Shown here: piece by piece, positions 13,034 through 25,224 of the stretch | Layout: each line of letters opens with the position of its first letter | How positions within the stretch are numbered: position 1 is the stretch's first letter | NCBI RefSeq assembly: GCF_004010195.1 | Contig: NC_057719.1 | Coordinates: forward strand, 90,101,603 to 90,157,361 | Direction: 5' to 3' | Length of the DNA: 55,759 bases | Origin: Chiloscyllium plagiosum | Taxonomy: Eukaryota | The notes under the pieces: model-generated | What the model saw: only the letters and a program-made list of their open reading frames with translations | What the model was told of the DNA's origin: nothing | The model's database searches: none | Program-made: the position numbers and the translations under genes

Positions 13034-13265
13034 AATGATGGTGAGGTATCAGAGAGAAGATGGTGGCACTGATCCTGGCAGAGTGGAGAATAGTTGTTAG
13101 TTAATTTTCCAGTTAGACTTAAAGAATAAAGTTGTTAAATTTTTTGTACTTTAAATAGTGACTTTTGGGAAAGTTCTTGGCCTCTTGAATTTTCACAGAT
13201 TACCGCATAGGTTAAATCTTTTCTGTATTTTATGGTTTAAATTAGCGGGGAGGGAAGAGGGATCT

Positions 13266-13276
13266 AAGATGGCGGC
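13266..13276 (+). promoter_or_regulatory. YY1-like motif at the L1 5' end
   Basis: AAGATGGCGGC about 15 nt from the element start, the position where mammalian L1 promoters carry their YY1 site. Confidence 0.6.
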
Positions 13277-13440
13277 GATCTGAGAAGATCACACTGCAGA
13301 GCTTCGTATCGCAGTAGGTGCAGGACGGTCCTTTAACCCACCCAACCCAGGTCATCAGGATTTCTTGGGGCATTGGAAAGATTGTGGAGCCCCAAGAAAC
13401 ATTTAAAAATTGACTTACCTGTATTTTCAGCTGTCCAGAA

Positions 13441-14243
13441 ATGCCTAAAAAGAGAGGAGAAGCTTCTGAGGCCGGGCCTGCAGCAGCCTCGGAGCCGATT
13501 ACTCTCCAGGACCTGGTGAACCAGCTCTCGAAATCTCACGAGATGTTGGGGAAACAGATTGAAGAGAAGCTGGCTCCAGTCTCTCTCATGCTGCAGATGC
13601 ATGAGCAGCAGTTGGGAGACCTGGAGAAGAGGACAGGTGAGGTGGAGCACAGGGTCACAGTGGTGGAAGCTGATGCCAGTTCATTCAAGGAAGAGATCCA
13701 AGCCCTGAAGATGCAGGTTCGTAATTTGCGTGACCAAGTGGATGATCTTGAAAACAGGGCAGGAGAAAAAACATTCGGATCATCGGTCTGCCTGAGGGTA
13801 AGGAAGGTGAGCGGCCTGCGGAATTTGTTGAAGATTGGCTTTCAAAATTCCTTGACTTGGAGACTGGCATGAGAGGATTGAAGATAGAGAGGGCTCACCG
13901 GGTCGCAGCACGGAGGTCGGGTCTGGGTCAACGCCCTCGCCCTTTCCTGTTGCGGTTGCATCATTACCGGGATAAGGAGAGAGTCATGGAGGCTTCCAGA
14001 CTCCAGGGGAAGGATCCAAAGGCCCTAATGTACTAGGGGTCTAAGTTCATGTTTTTTCAGGACTTTTCAGCAGCGGTGATCCAGAAACGAAAATCGTATG
14101 ATGGTGTCAAGAGAAGATTGAAGGAGCTTGGGATTCAGTACTCCCTGAGATATCCAGAAGTGCTTCGGATCACCTTAGATGGATCCACGCGTCTCTTTGA
14201 CACATCGGAGAAGACAAGAGACTTTGTGGACAAACTAACCTAA
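13441..14243 (+). pseudogene. L1 ORF1 (coiled-coil/RRM), frameshifted
   Basis: Coiled coil ending QVDDLENR, then a frameshift to KNIRIIGLPEG, IERAHR and FFQDFS...YSLRYP. Internal stop at ~14034. Confidence 0.88.
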
Positions 14244-14839
14244 TTTAAACAATTGTAGTATGTATAAATATTATTGCTTGGGTATGCGTTTATCATTCTG
14301 TAAAAGAAATGGAGGAAATCCGGTTGGAGCTTTGTTTTTCCCTTTTTTGTCCTCTTGATAATATTTTGGTTCAAACTATGTCTGGCGGTGGTTAAGATGT
14401 ACATTTTAAATTTCTAAGTTAGGACACACCAAAGCTGGGTGGGGTATTCCCCTTTTTTTTAATGAAAGAATTTTTTTTATTCATATTGATATTCTATGGG
14501 GTGTTTATTCTTTTTAGCTTTTGCTTGCGACACGGCTCTAGCTGAGAGAAGTGAAGGTGGTTGAGATGGTTAGATGCCTATTTATGGGCAGTTCGGGACG
14601 GGTAGTTGCCCCCTCCGGGCAGGGGGTGAGTTCCTCTACTCAGCGCTATTGGCGCTTTATATGTTGGTTTGTTTTCTGGTTTTTGTTGTTTTTTATTTTT
14701 AATATTTTCGTATGTTTGTTAAATGTAGTGGTTTTAGTTTATGTAGTTTTTATCTTTGGTGGACCATGCGACACTAAGGCTCAGCAATTTGTGGTTCGGG
14801 TTCCTCCTCTCTGGAATTTAAATGTAATTGCAGAACATT

Positions 14840-17800
14840 ACGGCTAATGATTTGATTAAATGGTGTACCTGGAATATCAAGGGAAGTCACTCATCAATTA
14901 AGAGGAAGAAGGTACTCTTGAGTCTTAGAAAGGAGAAGTTGGATATTGCTTTGTTACAGGAGACACATTTGGATGACAAGGAGCATCTGAAATTACAGCA
15001 GAATGGCTTTGACCGAGTTTATTTTTCATCATTTAATACCAGAAGTAGGGGAGTGGCTATATTGGTAAGCAAAAATCTCTCATTTAAATTATTGGAACGT
15101 GTTAAAGACACATACGGGAGGTTTGTAATTCTTAAATGAGGGAGAATATGGCATTTTAAATGTTTATTGTCCCCCAGCTCATCCTCTTAAATTCTTGGTA
15201 GATGCTTTTTCTAAACTGATAAGTCTCAAATCTCGGCACATGAGATTTTAACTGCCTCATGGACCCCACAGTAGACAGGTTGCCTATAGGTCCCTCAATA
15301 CCCTCTGCACAAACTAAACAGTTATTGGGTCTGTGTGGGGAATTTTGGGTTGGTGGACGTCTGGAGGTGTACAGGTAGGGATTTCATGTTTTTCTCCAAT
15401 CCACATAGATGTCACACGAGGATTGTTTTTTTTCTGACCCCTGCGGTAACCCTGGATCTGGTGGCATCCTGTACAATTGGTAATATTGCCATCTCTGATC
15501 ATGCTCCAGTGTACCTCATGGTTAAAATTAAGCATGTTACAGTAGATTCAAGGTACTGGCGAATAGACCCCTTTATTCTCATGAACAGCAAGTTTGTGGA
15601 TTATTTCTCTAGGGAATTTCGGGCATTCCTAGACATCAGCATAGGCTTGCTTGATAGCTCATCTGTTCTCTGGGAAACTGCCAAAGCTTATGCCAGAGGG
15701 TTAGTTGTTTCATATTGCACAAGTAGGAAGCGGCAGAAGGGTGAGCAGCAACGTCTCCTTGAAGCACGGTTGAAGGCAGCTGAGAAGGCCTATTTTGACA
15801 GACCCTCATTGGTCAAACTACAGAGGATTACGGCACTGTGGTCTACACTAAATTCTGTGCTCATGCAGACGGCAAAGAAGGAGCTGGCTTTTGCAAAACA
15901 AAGGTTATACGAGCATGGTGACAAGCCAGGCAAATACTAAGCATACCTTGCCAGAAAGAGAAGTGCCCCACAAACCATCAAAGTGATTAGGGAAGGGTCT
16001 GGGAACCTAACTTGTGATTCTAAAAAGATTAATGTGGCATTCCAGAGATTCTACTCTTAAGTTATATCAGTCTGAGAATTGTGAGGAGGGGCAGGCCAAA
16101 ATGGAATCCTTTTTTAGAGATCTGACGCTCCTGGGTGTAACTCCCGAACAACAGCCCTTTCTCAATGCCCGATTATCAGAGCAAGAAGTGCAGGAAGCTG
16201 TGAGGCAGCTTCAGAGCGGAAAGGCACCCGTTCCTGATGGACTTCCCAGTGAATTCTATAAGGAATTTATAAGTATACCATCAGGCCCGATGCTGAATAT
16301 GTTTAATGATTCATACAGTCATGTTTGTCTCCCACCATCTCTGAGAGAGGCCAATATTTCACTTATCCTTAAAAAAGGGAAGGATCCAGAAGACTGTGCT
16401 TCATACAGGCCCATCTTGCTCTTAAATGTGGACTTTAAGATCCTCTCTAAGGCTCTTGCGTTAAGGCTGGAAACTGTGTTACCCTCTATTATTAAAGAGG
16501 ATCAGACGGGCTTCAAAAAGGGTTGCAGATCCTCCAATAATGTTAGGAGGCTGCTTAACGTAATTCAAGCATGCCAACAGCAGTCAATACAGGGATTGGT
16601 GATTTCTTTAGATGCAGAGAAGGCATTTGACNNNNNNNNNNNNNNNNNNNNNNNNNNNNNNNNNNNNNNNNNNNNNNNNNNNNNNNNNNNNNNNNNNNNN
16701 NNNNNNNNNNNNNNNNNNNNNNNNNNNNNNNNNNNNNNNNNNNNNNNNNNNNNNNNNNNNNNNNNNNNNNNNNNNNNNNNNNNNNNNNNNNNNNNNNNNN
16801 NNNNNNNNNNNNNNNNNNNNNNNNNNNNNNNNNNNNNNNNNNNNNNNNNNNNNNNNNNNNNNNNNNNNNNNNNNNNNNNNNNNNNNNNNNNNNNNNNNNN
16901 NNNNNNNNNNNNNNNNNNNNNNNNNNNNNNNNNNNNNNNNNNNNNNNNNNNNNNNNNNNNNNNNNNNNNNNNNNNNNNNNNNNNNNNNNNNNNNNNNNNN
17001 NNNNNNNNNNNNNNNNNNNNNNNNNNNNNNNNNNNNNNNNNNNNNNNNNNNNNNNNNNNNNNNNNNNNTCACAGGGGGGTTTTGTGTATTTGGGCATATT
17101 CATTACTCCAGTTCTGGATTGGCTGTTCAAAGTCAATTTTACTCAATTATTTGAAAAAATTAAACAAGACCTCCAAAGATGGGAGGCACTTCCAGTCTCA
17201 TGGTTGGGTCGGATAGCGTTTATTATGATGAATATTCTCCCTCGTTTGCTGTACCCTATACGGATGCTCCCCCTAATTTTCAATAAACAAACACTCAGGA
17301 GACTGAACAGTTGGTTCAGCTCCTTTATCTGGCACTGTAAACGCCCCCTCATTAAATTAGCCAAACTGCAGTTGCCTCACAGATTGGAGGGGTAGACATT
17401 AAAAATTACCAATTAAGCTCGTTTTTGACCTACGTAAGTGATTGGGTTTGTGGGGACCCTCTTTCAATATGGCTAGATATCGAAGTCTCCCAGGGAAGGT
17501 GCCCCCTTACCAGTTTGCTGTTTTTGGACAAAGTGAGGACAGTTAGGGAATATTGCCATAACCCAATAGTCATCAATACTGTTAAAGCATGGAGGGCAAT
17601 TCAGCAGAGGGAAGGTAATATTGGCAAAACATCTTTGTTTACACCTTTAGTGGGTATGCCGAGTTTTCAACCAGGTGTGATAGATTCAGGATTTAAACGT
17701 TGGGCAGCTAGGGGTATATCTTGCATGGATGATTTATTTGAGGGAGATGTAATGATGTCTTTCAATCAGTTATTACGGAAGTACGAGTTACCTAATTGAG

Positions 17801-18575
17801 ACCCCTTTCGTTCTTTTCAAGTTAGGGATTTTATTCAAAAAAAGACCACACTTTTGACTGATCCCTACAAATCTGACATAGAAAGAGGGGTACTAAGGGC
17901 TAAGAGTACACTCTCTGTCAGTGCTCTGTATCACCAATTGGGGGGTGCCACCTCAGATGAGTCTGATCGACTTTGCAAGATGTGGGAAAGAGAGCTGGGT
18001 GTTGAAGTTTCTTCAGAGGCATGGGAGGATATTTGGGAGAATGCAAGGAAGATATCAATTTGCAATAGGACCCATGCTTTACAGTTGAAGATTCTCCACA
18101 GCGTCCACTTAGCCCCAGACCGTTTGTCAAAATTTAAACTAGGGGTATCTTCAGCATATCCCAAGTGCAAGGTCTGTACGGGTACTCTTACCCATTGTCT
18201 TTGGTCTTGTGACAGGCTTCAAACATATTGGAGCGCTGTGGTGGGTGCAATGGAGAGGATTTTAGGTGTAGGGGTGGAGAAGGATCCAATTTTGCTCCTT
18301 TTGGGCCTACACATTGCATTTCTTGCAGACTCGCATAAGGAAAAACTTTTCAATATTCTTACATTCTGTGCAAGGAAGAATATCTTGCTAGGTTGGATAT
18401 CAGAAAACCCCCAGGCCTGTCGGGTTGGCGGAAGATTGTTATGGAGCATATTCCCCTGGATTTTCTCACAAATATGGTGCACCACAAAACTGAGAATTTT
18501 TACAAGACATGGCAACCCTTTTTGAAATACCTGGACATAGATTTATCTGCCACACTAACAAGGGCTTTTATATAG
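14840..18575 (+). pseudogene. L1 ORF2 (APE endonuclease, RT, Cys-rich C-terminus), several frameshifts and stops; catalytic RT segment falls in an N gap
   Basis: Motifs TWNIKG, LLQETHL, RGVAIL, ISDHAPV, PDGLPSEFYK, SYRPILLLNVDFKILSKALA, ISLDAEKAFD, YLGI and CKVC...HCLWSC in the ORF track. Confidence 0.92.
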
Positions 18576-18942
18576 CTGCAACGATTGTGTTTCATGAGTC
18601 CAATATCCAGGGAGGAGGAACTGTGAATGTATGAGTGTTTTGTTTGGCTGGGCTGAGTTATTACTATTTATTTGTTTGTTGTTAGGTATTTATTTAGTTA
18701 GTTAAATAGCTAGTTTAGGTTTTTTTTTTAATTTTATACTTCTCTATATATGTTTATGCATTCATATAGGAGGATGGATTGGGGGATTTTTTTTATTATT
18801 TGGGTTTAGTTTTGTACTATTTTTGTACTGTTTTGAATTGCATTGTTTTGTATTTGTTGTAATATTTAAAAATCTGTTTTTTCTTAATAAAAATATATTA
18901 TATAAAAAAAATAGCAGGGGGATTTACCCCGTGACATAACAA

Positions 18943-18970
18943 TTCGGGGGCTTTCGTCTGAGATTTGAAC
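18943..18970 (+). promoter_or_regulatory. tRNA-Pro primer-binding site
   Basis: ttcgggggctttcgtctgagatttgaac resembles the complement of the tRNA-Pro 3' end (TGGGGGCTCGTCCGGGATTTGAAC) and lies directly after the LTR end. Confidence 0.75.
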
Positions 18971-19116
18971 TTGTTTAGACAGATTTCAGTAAATTTGGGG
19001 ATACGAAAATTCCCAGCAGATGTAAACACTTGCAGGTTAGTATCCTAGATCTTTAAATAAAACGTAGGTGAGACAATTGTTTAATTTCAGTGACTTGTGG
19101 TTGATTAAATCAAAAA

Positions 19117-20525
19117 TGAGAGAAATGGCTCTTAAAATTGCTGAGGAGGTTCTTGGATTTGAAGATGACTCTCAAATTGGTCAAGTAAATTTAGAAGGAA
19201 AGAGAAAGACCATTCTTTTAAAATTAGCAATTAAGTTAGATTTGGGATTAACCAAGGACAAAAGTAAAACTGTAATTGTTAGGGGGTTACTCAAATACTT
19301 AGGTGTATCAGAGAAACAGTGCAGGAGAGGTGAGGAAAATAGAGTTAGAAGATAAAGAAAGGCAGAGAGAAAGAGAGAAGAAAGAGAGAGAAGAGAGATA
19401 AAATTTGAACTTGTGAAGTTGCGTCTTAGTCAGCAAAGTCAAGTTAACAGGATGGAGATTAAAAGAGAAGGTAGTGATATATACAAATATGTCAGAACTC
19501 TGCCACAATTTGATGAGAAAGACGTTGTAGCCTTCTTTATTTCATTTGAAAAATTGGCTAGGCATATGGAGTGGTCCGAGGATTTATGGGTAATGCTAGT
19601 TCAGACCAAACTGGTAGGCAGAGCTATTGAGGTATTTGCCGCGCTGTCAGATGAGGTATCAAGAGATTATGAAGAGGTTAAACAGGCTATTTTAGGTGCT
19701 TATGAATTGGTACATAGACCAATTTCTGTTTTAACTCCTCAGTTTCTTGGTCTGCCTTGCGCTTAACAGAAATTAAAACAGAAATATGTACATAGAAGCA
19801 CATAGACAGCGGTTCAGAAACATAAAGAAGGAACCAGGTCAGACTTATGTTGAGTTCGAAAGAATTACACAGAGTCATTTTGGTGGATGGGTGTGTGCTT
19901 TAAAAATAGGTAGGATATTTGAGGCTCGAAGAGAGATTATTCTGCTGGAGGAGTTTAAAACCCACTTCCAGAGAAGGTAAGAACTCACATGGAGGAACAG
20001 AAGGTTCAGGAAGTGAAAAGGACAGCAGAATTAGCAGGTGAATACATGTTGGTACACAAGACAAGCTTCGAGCCAGAATTTTGTCCTGTGAGGTACAGAA
20101 GTTGGGAGAAGGCGAGATCCTATACTACAAAACCAAGAGTAGAGAACACTGGTAAGATTTTACCACAGGTTAAAAATGAAGCTCAAGAGAGTGGAAAGGA
20201 GGTGAAAGGCCTCAGGTGTTTTCACTGTAATAGAGTGGGACACAGAAGATTTCAGTGCCGGTGGTTTCAGAAGGAGACTGGGAAAAGGTGCTTTCACTGC
20301 CAGAAGGTGGGACACGTAAGGTCACAGTGCGAGTCATTAAAGAAAGGCACTGTGGGAAAAGATGTGGTAAGAGAAGCTAAGCCAGTGGCATTAGTGAAGG
20401 TAGTAAAGGAGACTCCAAGAAGAGCCGGGGGACTAAAGGAGAGTGCACAGCCTCGGCAGGGGCTGGGTATGGAGTTAGTACCTGATCACTATAAAGTATT
20501 TGCCTCTGTGGGTAAAGTTTACTGA
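19117..20525 (+). pseudogene. Gmr1-like gag with SCAN-type capsid domain and two CCHC zinc knuckles
   Basis: LPQFDEKDVVAFFISFEKLA..W, DYEEVKQAILGAYELV, EAHRQRFR...PGQTYVEF...IILLEEFK, CFHCNRVGHRRFQC and CFHCQKVGHVRSQC. Frameshifted. Confidence 0.85.
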
Positions 20526-23311
20526 GAAAGAACAGGGAGAGAAGGACAAGAAGTTATAATTTTGAGAGATACAGACTCTAACCAGTCGCTGATAGTAAGG
20601 GATGAGCGAATATGCACTTTTTTTGATCTGTTACCGAAGAGTGTGGTAATTTGTGGGATAGATGGACAGAAATTTAGCGTTCCCCTATGTAAGATCAGTT
20701 TGGAGTGCCAACTCAAGACTGGGAATTAACAGTGGGAGTGATTGAGAGTGTCAGTTCCAGGAATTCAGTTTGTTCTTGGGAATGATTTAGCAGGGTCCAA
20801 GGTGGGAGTGACACCCCTTGTTATGGAGACGCTCAAGGAAGACCAAGAAACTGAGGAGTTAAAACAGAAATATCCTGGTGTTTTCCCAGACTGTGTGGTA
20901 ACCAGATCCCACTCTCATGTCATAGCACAAAGTGAAAACCAAAGAGAAAGATGAACGAGTTGAGGTTCAATTAGCACACTATTATGGACTAGGCCAGACC
21001 ACTCAAAACATTCTTCAGCAGGTAGCCCAGGCCATAACTTTGCAATTTGTTTCGGTAAGTGTACAGTCAAGATTACCCAGATTAAGTTAGCTAGGTTGAC
21101 TACCAGGTTTTAAAACAGACAAAAATATATTCACAAAATTACACAATGAAACACGAAGGACAGAATTTAAAAACCCCTACAGAACTCAGTCTATCCAAAC
21201 TAGACTTCATTATGCTGTTCCGAATATACGCAACAGTCCCAATAAACAAACCCTTTAAACACAGTAAAAATGAAACAAAGGCTTACAGGTCGAAGTTAGA
21301 AGGGCAGAAGGAGAGAGAGTTTAGCAGCTTGTTTCCACACAGCTTCACTGCTGAACTGACTCTAATATTCTGAACTCTTAACTGTTCAGCTAGAGAGCTG
21401 GCCACACCCCCTTGACTTGTACAGGTTAATTCTAAAAACATAAAAGCTTTGGCCTAAAGTCTCATCTGTTTACGTATGAACAACTAGGCCTTTCGTCTCT
21501 ATACCAAACCCAGCCATTTCGGAGCCCAGAGTGTTTATGACCCCTCTGAAAAAAGCCAAGGACACAATATCCTTGAGAAAAGGAACAGCCTTTAGAAAAA
21601 AAGGGACCAGTTTTGTGACACGGACACCTTGTGTGACGTAATGGTGCGGGAAAAATCTGAACAGACAGAGGGTCAAACAGAAGTGTTTAGTTCTGAAAGG
21701 CTAAGGGATTTGCAACAGCAAGACAAGATGATAAAAGATATATAAGTGGGATGCATACTCCGAAAAGGAGGCAGAGGATATTCCAGAGGGTTATTATCTG
21801 AAAGATAGAATCCTCAGACGGAAATGGAGACCACGGTAGGTTAGTGCAGAAGAGAAATGGGCTGGTAGCATACCGATAGGAAATGTGATGGGTAGCACAT
21901 GAACTAATTGTAGGAGCTCACCTAGGGGTATGAAAGACTCAGGCTAAGGTACAAAAACATTTTTATTGGCTTGGAATGCAGAAGGATGTGGTTAACTTTT
22001 GCCGTATGTGTCATTCATGCCAAATGGGAGGTAAGCCACAGGCAGTAATAAAACCTGCACCTTTATTGCCAATTCCCATTTGAGGAATCTTTCATGTGGG
22101 TTATAATTGATTTGGTAGGTTCCCTCCCAAGAACAAAAAGTGGGAACCAGTACTTGTTAACCGTAATGGATGTGTCTACCAGATTTCTAGAGGAAATTCC
22201 ACTAAGGAGTATCAAGGCAAAAAGAATAGTAGAAGGGTTAGTAGCTTTCTTCACATGGTATGTTAGTCAGATCAAAGGTCTAATTTTATTGCTAGACTGT
22301 TTAAGGAGCTTATGGATAGTTTGGGTACAAAGCATTTTAAATCCAGTGCAGATCGTCCTGAATCCCAGGGAGCTTTAGAAAGGTGGCATCAGACCTCGAA
22401 GACCATGTTGAGAACATACTGTCAGGATCATCCAAATGATTGGGATAAAGGTATCCCATTCATAATGTTTGCCATTAGAGATACCCCAAATGAATCGACT
22501 TAGTTCACTCCCTTCGAGTTAATCTTCGGCCATGAAGTGAGAGGCCCTTTAAAATTAATTAAAGAAAAATTGATAGGACCAAAGTCAGAGATCTCACAAT
22601 TAGATTATGTATCAGAGGTGAGTTAACTAAACAGCACCTAAAGACGGCACACTACAGAATGAAACAGTTGGCAGATGAATTTTCTGAGACTCGGATGTTT
22701 TCCCGAGGGATGACGTGTTAGTACTGTAACCAGTAATAGGAGATCCCTTCAAAACCAGGTTTAGTGGTCCCTATCAAATTGAGAAAAAGGTGAGTCAGGT
22801 GAGCTATCTCGTAAAGATGCCAGATAGAAAAGAAAGGTATCAGGTATGTCATGTGAACATGTTGAAACCGTATTACACTGGAGAGAAAGACCTGGAGAAA
22901 CAGGTGTTAGTTACTGCCCTGCAGAGTGAGGAATCAAATCCAGATGATGTGGATTTTGAAGTGCCTCAAAACAGATTTAAAAATGAACAAGTCCTTGAGG
23001 AATGGGACAGGTTAGTAAACTGTCTCATGAGCATAGCACGCTGTTGAAAGGTTTGTTACTGCAGTATAAGGACATATGTAAGAATCAGCTGGAGAGGACT
23101 AATGCTATTGTACATGAAGTAGACGTCGGGAATACTGCTACGATAAAATAACATCCCTATCGGCTTAATCCTTTCAAAGCCAGACAGGTCCAGAATGAGA
23201 TACTGGCCTTACAACATTTTAATCTGTATGTCATGAACAATGTGTCAGAGACGGTGGGGTACACAGATCACAATCGTCTTACGTTCTTAGAACGCTTTAT
23301 AGACATTCAGT
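20526..23311 (+). pseudogene. Gmr1-like pol relic: protease, integrase, then truncated RT fused to RNase H
   Basis: ILRDTDS protease motif at ~20558 and FVLGNDLAG. Integrase HHCC region at ~21895-22023, then DLVGSLPRTKSGNQYLLTVMD, HFKSSADRPESQGALERWHQT and the GPY...HVNMLKPY module. RT start HPYRLNP at 23152 and RNase H LALQHF...YTDHN follow. Confidence 0.85.
20980..21620. mobile_element. Probable solo LTR of another family inserted in pol
   Basis: About 640 bp of non-coding sequence interrupting pol between EVQLA and DTL. Ends are TATTAT (decayed TG start) and GTGACA. The target-site duplication is unclear (cacac versus cggac). Confidence 0.55.
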
Positions 23312-23937
23312 AGGATTCTTCTTTGGAACCTGCTCCCTGCTTTGCAGCTCTCTGTACTCAAATGGTACTCTTACTGGCTTCTGAACAGTAACCTTACAAT
23401 AATGCTGGTGAAAACTCTGAATCCAGATCCACTTCCTGCTGACCATACCCTAACCCTAATCCTAACTCATCACTCTTTCCCTTGTTGTCTAATGTAAGCT
23501 CTCCCATGATGCCGGATATGAAAATGCTCATCCTCGTGTCACCCTCTCTCTTTGCATCATTTTCTTCAGCTCTGATCAACCACCCCTTTCTCAGGGCCAA
23601 TTAGAGATGAGCACAAATGGACCCAGCCAGGGACACCCACATCATGTGGAAGAATAAAAGCATCACCTAACTACCCTATCAAGTGGCCCATTGAGCTATC
23701 CAAAGTATCAAATTATGACAAAAAGTTCCACAAGAAATAAAACAAAAGGCCAAACCTAATTTGTCTGGTACGTGGTTTTGTTCTGAGTGTGCCCCCAGTG
23801 TGGTAAATTGATCACAGTGGCTTTGGTGCAAAAGTCAAGTTGACTGAGGCAGTTTGAACAGGACATGCAAGAGGGTTGCAGTGACAAGAATCTCTGGGTC
23901 CTTGTAGGGAAAAAGTGGGTCAGAAATTTGGAACATG

Positions 23938-24870
23938 TTAAAAATGACCTGGATGAGGGCATAGAAGGATGGGTTAGTACATTTGCAGATGACACTAAGG
24001 TCGATGGAGTTGTGGATAGTGCTGAAGAATGTTGTAGGTCACAGAGGGACATAGATAAACTGCAGAGCTGGGCTGAGAGGTGGTAAATGGAGTTTAATAT
24101 GGAAAAGTGTGAGGTGATTCACTTTGGAAGGAGCAACAGGAATGCAGAGTACTGGGTTAATGGTAAGGTTATTGGTAGTGTAGATGAGCAGAGGGATCTC
24201 GGTGTCCATGTACATAGATCCTTGAAAGTTGCCATCCAGGTTGATAAGATTGTTAAGAAGGCATACGGTGTGTTAGCTTTTATTGATAGAGGGATTGCTT
24301 TTCAGAGCGAAGAGGTCATGTTGCAGCTGTACAAAACTCTGGTGCAGCCACACTTGGAGTATTGCGTTCAGTTCTGGTTACTGCATTATAGGAAGGATGT
24401 GGAAGCTTTGGAAAGGGTTCGGAGGAGATTTACTAGGATGTTGCCAGATGTGGAGGGAATGTCTTATGAGGAAAGGCTGAGGGACTTGAGGCTGTTTTTG
24501 TTAGAGAGAAGAAGGTTGAGAGGTAACTTAATAGAGACATACAAGATGATCAGAGGGTTACATAGGGTGGACAGGGAGAGTCTTTTTCTTCGGATGGTGA
24601 TGGCTAGCACAAGGGGACATAGCTTTAAATTGAGGGGTGTTAGATATAGGACAGATGTCAGAGGTAGTTTCTTTACTCAGAGAGTAGTAGGGGTGTGGAA
24701 TGCATTATCTGCAACAGTAGTAGACTCGCCAACTTTAAGGGCATTTAAATGGTCATTGGATGAAAATGGAATAGTGTGGGTTAGATGGGTGTCAGATTAG
24801 TTCCACAGGTCGGTTCAACATCGAGGGCCGAAGGACCTGTACTGTGCTGAAATGTTATATGTCCTATGTT
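23938..24870 (+). mobile_element. CR1 LINE 3' portion (RT C-terminus)
   Basis: FADDTK, W*MEFNMEKCEVIHFG, LEYCVQFW and FFTQRVVGVWNAL, followed by a 3' tail. Confidence 0.92.
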
Positions 24871-25224
24871 AAAAACTTTGGTGATTCTGAGGAATGAGAG
24901 TAAATCAGCAGTATGGAAATGCAGGGGAAGGACAGAGTAACTTAAGGACAGGGAATTATTTCTGGTGTGAGTGAGTGTGTGAGCTTAACAATGTTTGTTA
25001 AATGGTCAGGGACAACAAGGGAGGGAGGTGGCGGTTCCAGAAGATTGGTTTGACCGAGGAGGGGAGGATGTCCTGAGAGAGGTGGTACTGGTTGAGATGT
25101 TACAGCATGATCTGAATTTGTGGGTCAACAATGAGAGATAAATAAAATAGTTGAATCTTTAAAATGAAGCATCCATGCCCTCCTCACGCAAGATAGCAAA
25201 GTGGACAGAGCATGCTCTCTATGC

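Larger units (their letters stand above)
13251..18911 (+). mobile_element. Near full-length L1-clade LINE (disabled)
   Basis: 5' UTR with a YY1-like site, ORF1, T-rich spacer, ORF2, AATAAA at 18886 and an A-tail. Imperfect target-site duplication AAATTAGCGGGG (~13239-13250) versus AAAATAGCAGGGG (~18908-18920). Confidence 0.92.
12316..18941 (+). mobile_element. 5' LTR of Gmr1-like element (about 0.65 kb net), interrupted by an HE1 SINE and an L1
   Basis: Starts TGTTATG (12316) and ends CATAACA (18935-18941), a 7-bp terminal inverted repeat. TATA-like TATAAAA at ~12569 and AATAAA at ~13125. A primer-binding site follows directly. Confidence 0.8.

Noticed and set aside
23312..23940. 3' LTR of the Gmr1-like element
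   Set aside because: I find no copy of the TGTTATG-starting LTR sequence or a polypurine tract here, so the element appears 3' truncated.
24087..24800. 237-aa ORF as a host gene
   Set aside because: It is the C-terminus of a CR1 reverse transcriptase, preceded by an in-frame stop.
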